This document shows positions 61,679 through 64,000 of a stretch of 64,000 bases of DNA, piece after piece. Every line of letters starts with the position of its first letter. Position 1 is the first letter of the stretch. The notes below the pieces were generated by a model. That model did no database searches. It was given only the letters and a program-made list of their open reading frames with translations, and had not been told where the DNA came from. The stretch is from positions 35,519,358 to 35,583,357 of the forward strand of contig NC_068981.1 in assembly GCF_001194135.2 (NCBI RefSeq). The letters are read 5' to 3'. The position numbers and the translations under genes were made by a program. Source of the DNA: Octopus bimaculoides. Taxonomy: Eukaryota.

Positions 61679-63065
61679 ACACACTGAGCCTCTGCACAGT
61701 TTCTCTCTATTGAGTTACAGCTGGTCAACTTGAGCCTGTGAAATACTCTGCCATTTGTCCAAGGTGCTACACAATGGGATTGAACCCAAAACCATGTGAT
61801 TGCAATGCAAACTTCTTAACTACACAGCTCTGACCTAGCTTTTTCCTCATCTATTCAGTAATTGAAACCACTGAAAAATGGACAAAGCAGTGGTGCCAGA
61901 GTTTGAAGACTACAAGCATGGCTAAAACATTTGAGAAGTTTGCTTTATGATCAGGAGTTTCTGGGTTCATTTTTATTCCAATGGCATCTTAGACAAGTGT
62001 CTTTCACTATAGCCTCAGGTCAAACCAAGCCATGCAAGTGACTTTGGGTAGATAGAAACTGTATGAAACGACACCGTTAAATAGACTGTACCTGTCGTTC
62101 AAAAGATCATACTGTTACACTGAGTTTGTCTGAGAATTAAGGTAAGAGCATGCTTGTCTACAGAATATCTCACCATTTGCACATTAATTCAGTGAGGAGG
62201 CCATTCTCTTGATCAAACAATTAGAACAATCATGATTAAAACCAAATGAAATTCATTAACATTTACTAACTGGTCTAGTTGTTGCTTAATGCTTCACCTT
62301 GCCCCATATCTTTTCTGATGAAGCAGATCTTAGATCAAAAACATTCCAATTGTGATTATCCTGCCTTTGTATCCAGAATTACATTAACTAAGGGATCCTT
62401 TAAAATTTCTTTCTTTCGTTGGCTATAGAGGATATAGTTAGTCATTCTTACTGATTTGATCTTAGAGAAATTAAGTTATTTTGGTGTGATTTCATCATTT
62501 TCATAATTTTACATCTATTTTCCATACTGGTATTTGTTGGATAGAGTGTGAAAGATGAAGTCAGTTTTGTTTCTTAGGTATGGTCAGGGTACCTCACTTA
62601 TCTGTTTTCTATGGTTAGATGGCCCTTCTAACATCAACCACTTTACAGTGTGTAATGTATTTAGAAGGTAAGAGGACAGAAACAAATTCTATGAGACATT
62701 GAAGCCAGTGTTAATTTGTGCTAATGTGTGGTCCCATGATTAGGACATTAGACTCACACGAGTTCAATATCCAGACTGGAAATTATGAGTTCAATTTCTT
62801 TGAGCAAAGCACTTCATGCCATGTTGTTCCTGACTACTTAACTGAAAATGAGTAACAGGAGAAACTGGGGGTTAACCATATGTTATACTGACATTTCATC
62901 CAAGGGATGTTTTCATCAGCAGGGGTAGTAGAGTCTGCCCATTGACGATGGTGATGACAATAATGTTCATCTATGCTGTGACAGATTCCTTGTTATTATT
63001 TACTTGTAAGACTTTTTCAACTTTGTTATTTGTCTGTCTCTGGATGTGGTAAATATCTAAGCAAG

Positions 63066-63228
63066 GTGTATACCACAGGCCAAGAGTATCTTGATTAAAT
63101 GAGTTTTACATTGTCGCAAGGAGGTACATGTTAACAATCGAATCTTCTGTGTGTTAACATGTACCTCCTTGCTACAATATAAACTTCTTTTATTCAATTT
63201 GGCCTCGTGAGTGCTCTGCAGTATACAC
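63066..63228. other. Long hairpin; pre-miRNA or MITE candidate
   Basis: Perfect 21-bp stem 63116-63136 / 63152-63172 with a 15-nt loop and an extended imperfect lower stem. Confidence 0.6.
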
Positions 63229-63644
63229 TTCACTCGGATATTTACTACTTCTAAGGTTCCGCTTGTTATAAAACATGTTGCCCGGATCTTATCTACTCCA
63301 TTCCTTAACTCTTGTATTCTTATTTGCATACCCAGCAAACCTGGCTGCCTACCATGAAATATAAAAAAATAATTTTTTCACCTTATTGTACTTTGATATG
63401 AAAAAATCTACAACCTTCCACCACAATAAACCACTATTGTTCCTGAAAGTTGTTTATTATATTTACTACGGATTGCTTGAAGCTAACTTTCTTCCTACAC
63501 CTCGGTCCTTGGAGCTTACACACACACACACAAATAAATGTGGGGATAAACAACTTAGACAGATCAATATATAAAATTTTACTATATTAATGAAATACCA
63601 GAAATGTATACAAAAGATGTATATATACTCTTTTACTTATTTCA

Positions 63645-63850
63645 GTCATTTGACTGGCGATGCAGGAGCACTGCCTTTAGTCGAGCAAGTCGACCCCAGG
63701 ACTTATTCTTTGTAAGCCTAGTACTTATTCTATCAGCTTCTTTTGCCAAACCGCTAAGTTACAGGGACGTAAACACACCAGCATCGGTTGTCAAGCGACG
63801 TTGGGGAGACAAACACAGACACACAAACATATACACACACATACATATAT
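63645..63850 (-). mobile_element. Family B copy, little diverged
   Basis: Close reverse complement of the 3' consensus (CAGTCATTTGACTG...GGAGCACTGCCTTTAGTCGAGCAAGTCGACCCCAGG). Confidence 0.85.
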
Positions 63851-64000
63851 ACAGTGGGGGGAAATAAATATTCGTACATGTCAAAATTCTTTATTTAATT
63901 TCTAATGAACATAAATGGGATATACCAATACTATATTTGCATACACATGCATAAACTAAGAATATGCAAAAGAAACTAATAAATTATAGTAACTAATGAA

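Noticed and set aside
63322-63329. Octamer motif ATTTGCAT near the 63.1-kb hairpin (also at 63935)
   Set aside because: An 8-mer is expected by chance in AT-rich DNA; no PSE or snRNA body was recognised.

Overview
AT-rich, repeat-dense animal genomic DNA. It is most likely an octopus (coleoid cephalopod); I infer this from the SINE/MITE/RTE repeat families and microsatellite load, not from a database search. The main feature is one + strand gene, a JARID2/Jumonji orthologue. I reconstructed by hand 20 coding exons from 21848 to the stop at 54036 (4,062 nt, 1,353 aa plus stop). All introns are GT-AG and the phases join into one continuous frame. Domain order is UIM-like motif, K116-like ARK(F) motif, [12 protein letters not shown] repression segment, long low-complexity linker with AT-hook-like motifs, JmjN, ARID, catalytically degenerate JmjC and C5HC2-type zinc finger. 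The first coding exon was not found in the 21.8 kb upstream. The rest is intron or intergenic sequence with SINE-like elements, piggyBac-type and hAT MITEs, RTE LINE fragments, microsatellites and a 373-nt assembly gap. The three most interesting observations are: (1) a genomic TAC (Tyr) at the second zinc-ligand Cys of the finger, which one A-to-I edit would restore to Cys; (2) a decayed, collinear APPBP2/PAT1-like TPR relic just downstream of JARID2; (3) a near-perfect long hairpin at about 63.1 kb (pre-miRNA or MITE candidate). All protein comparisons are from recalled sequences and need alignment to confirm. I found no firm evidence of a new multi-gene system.
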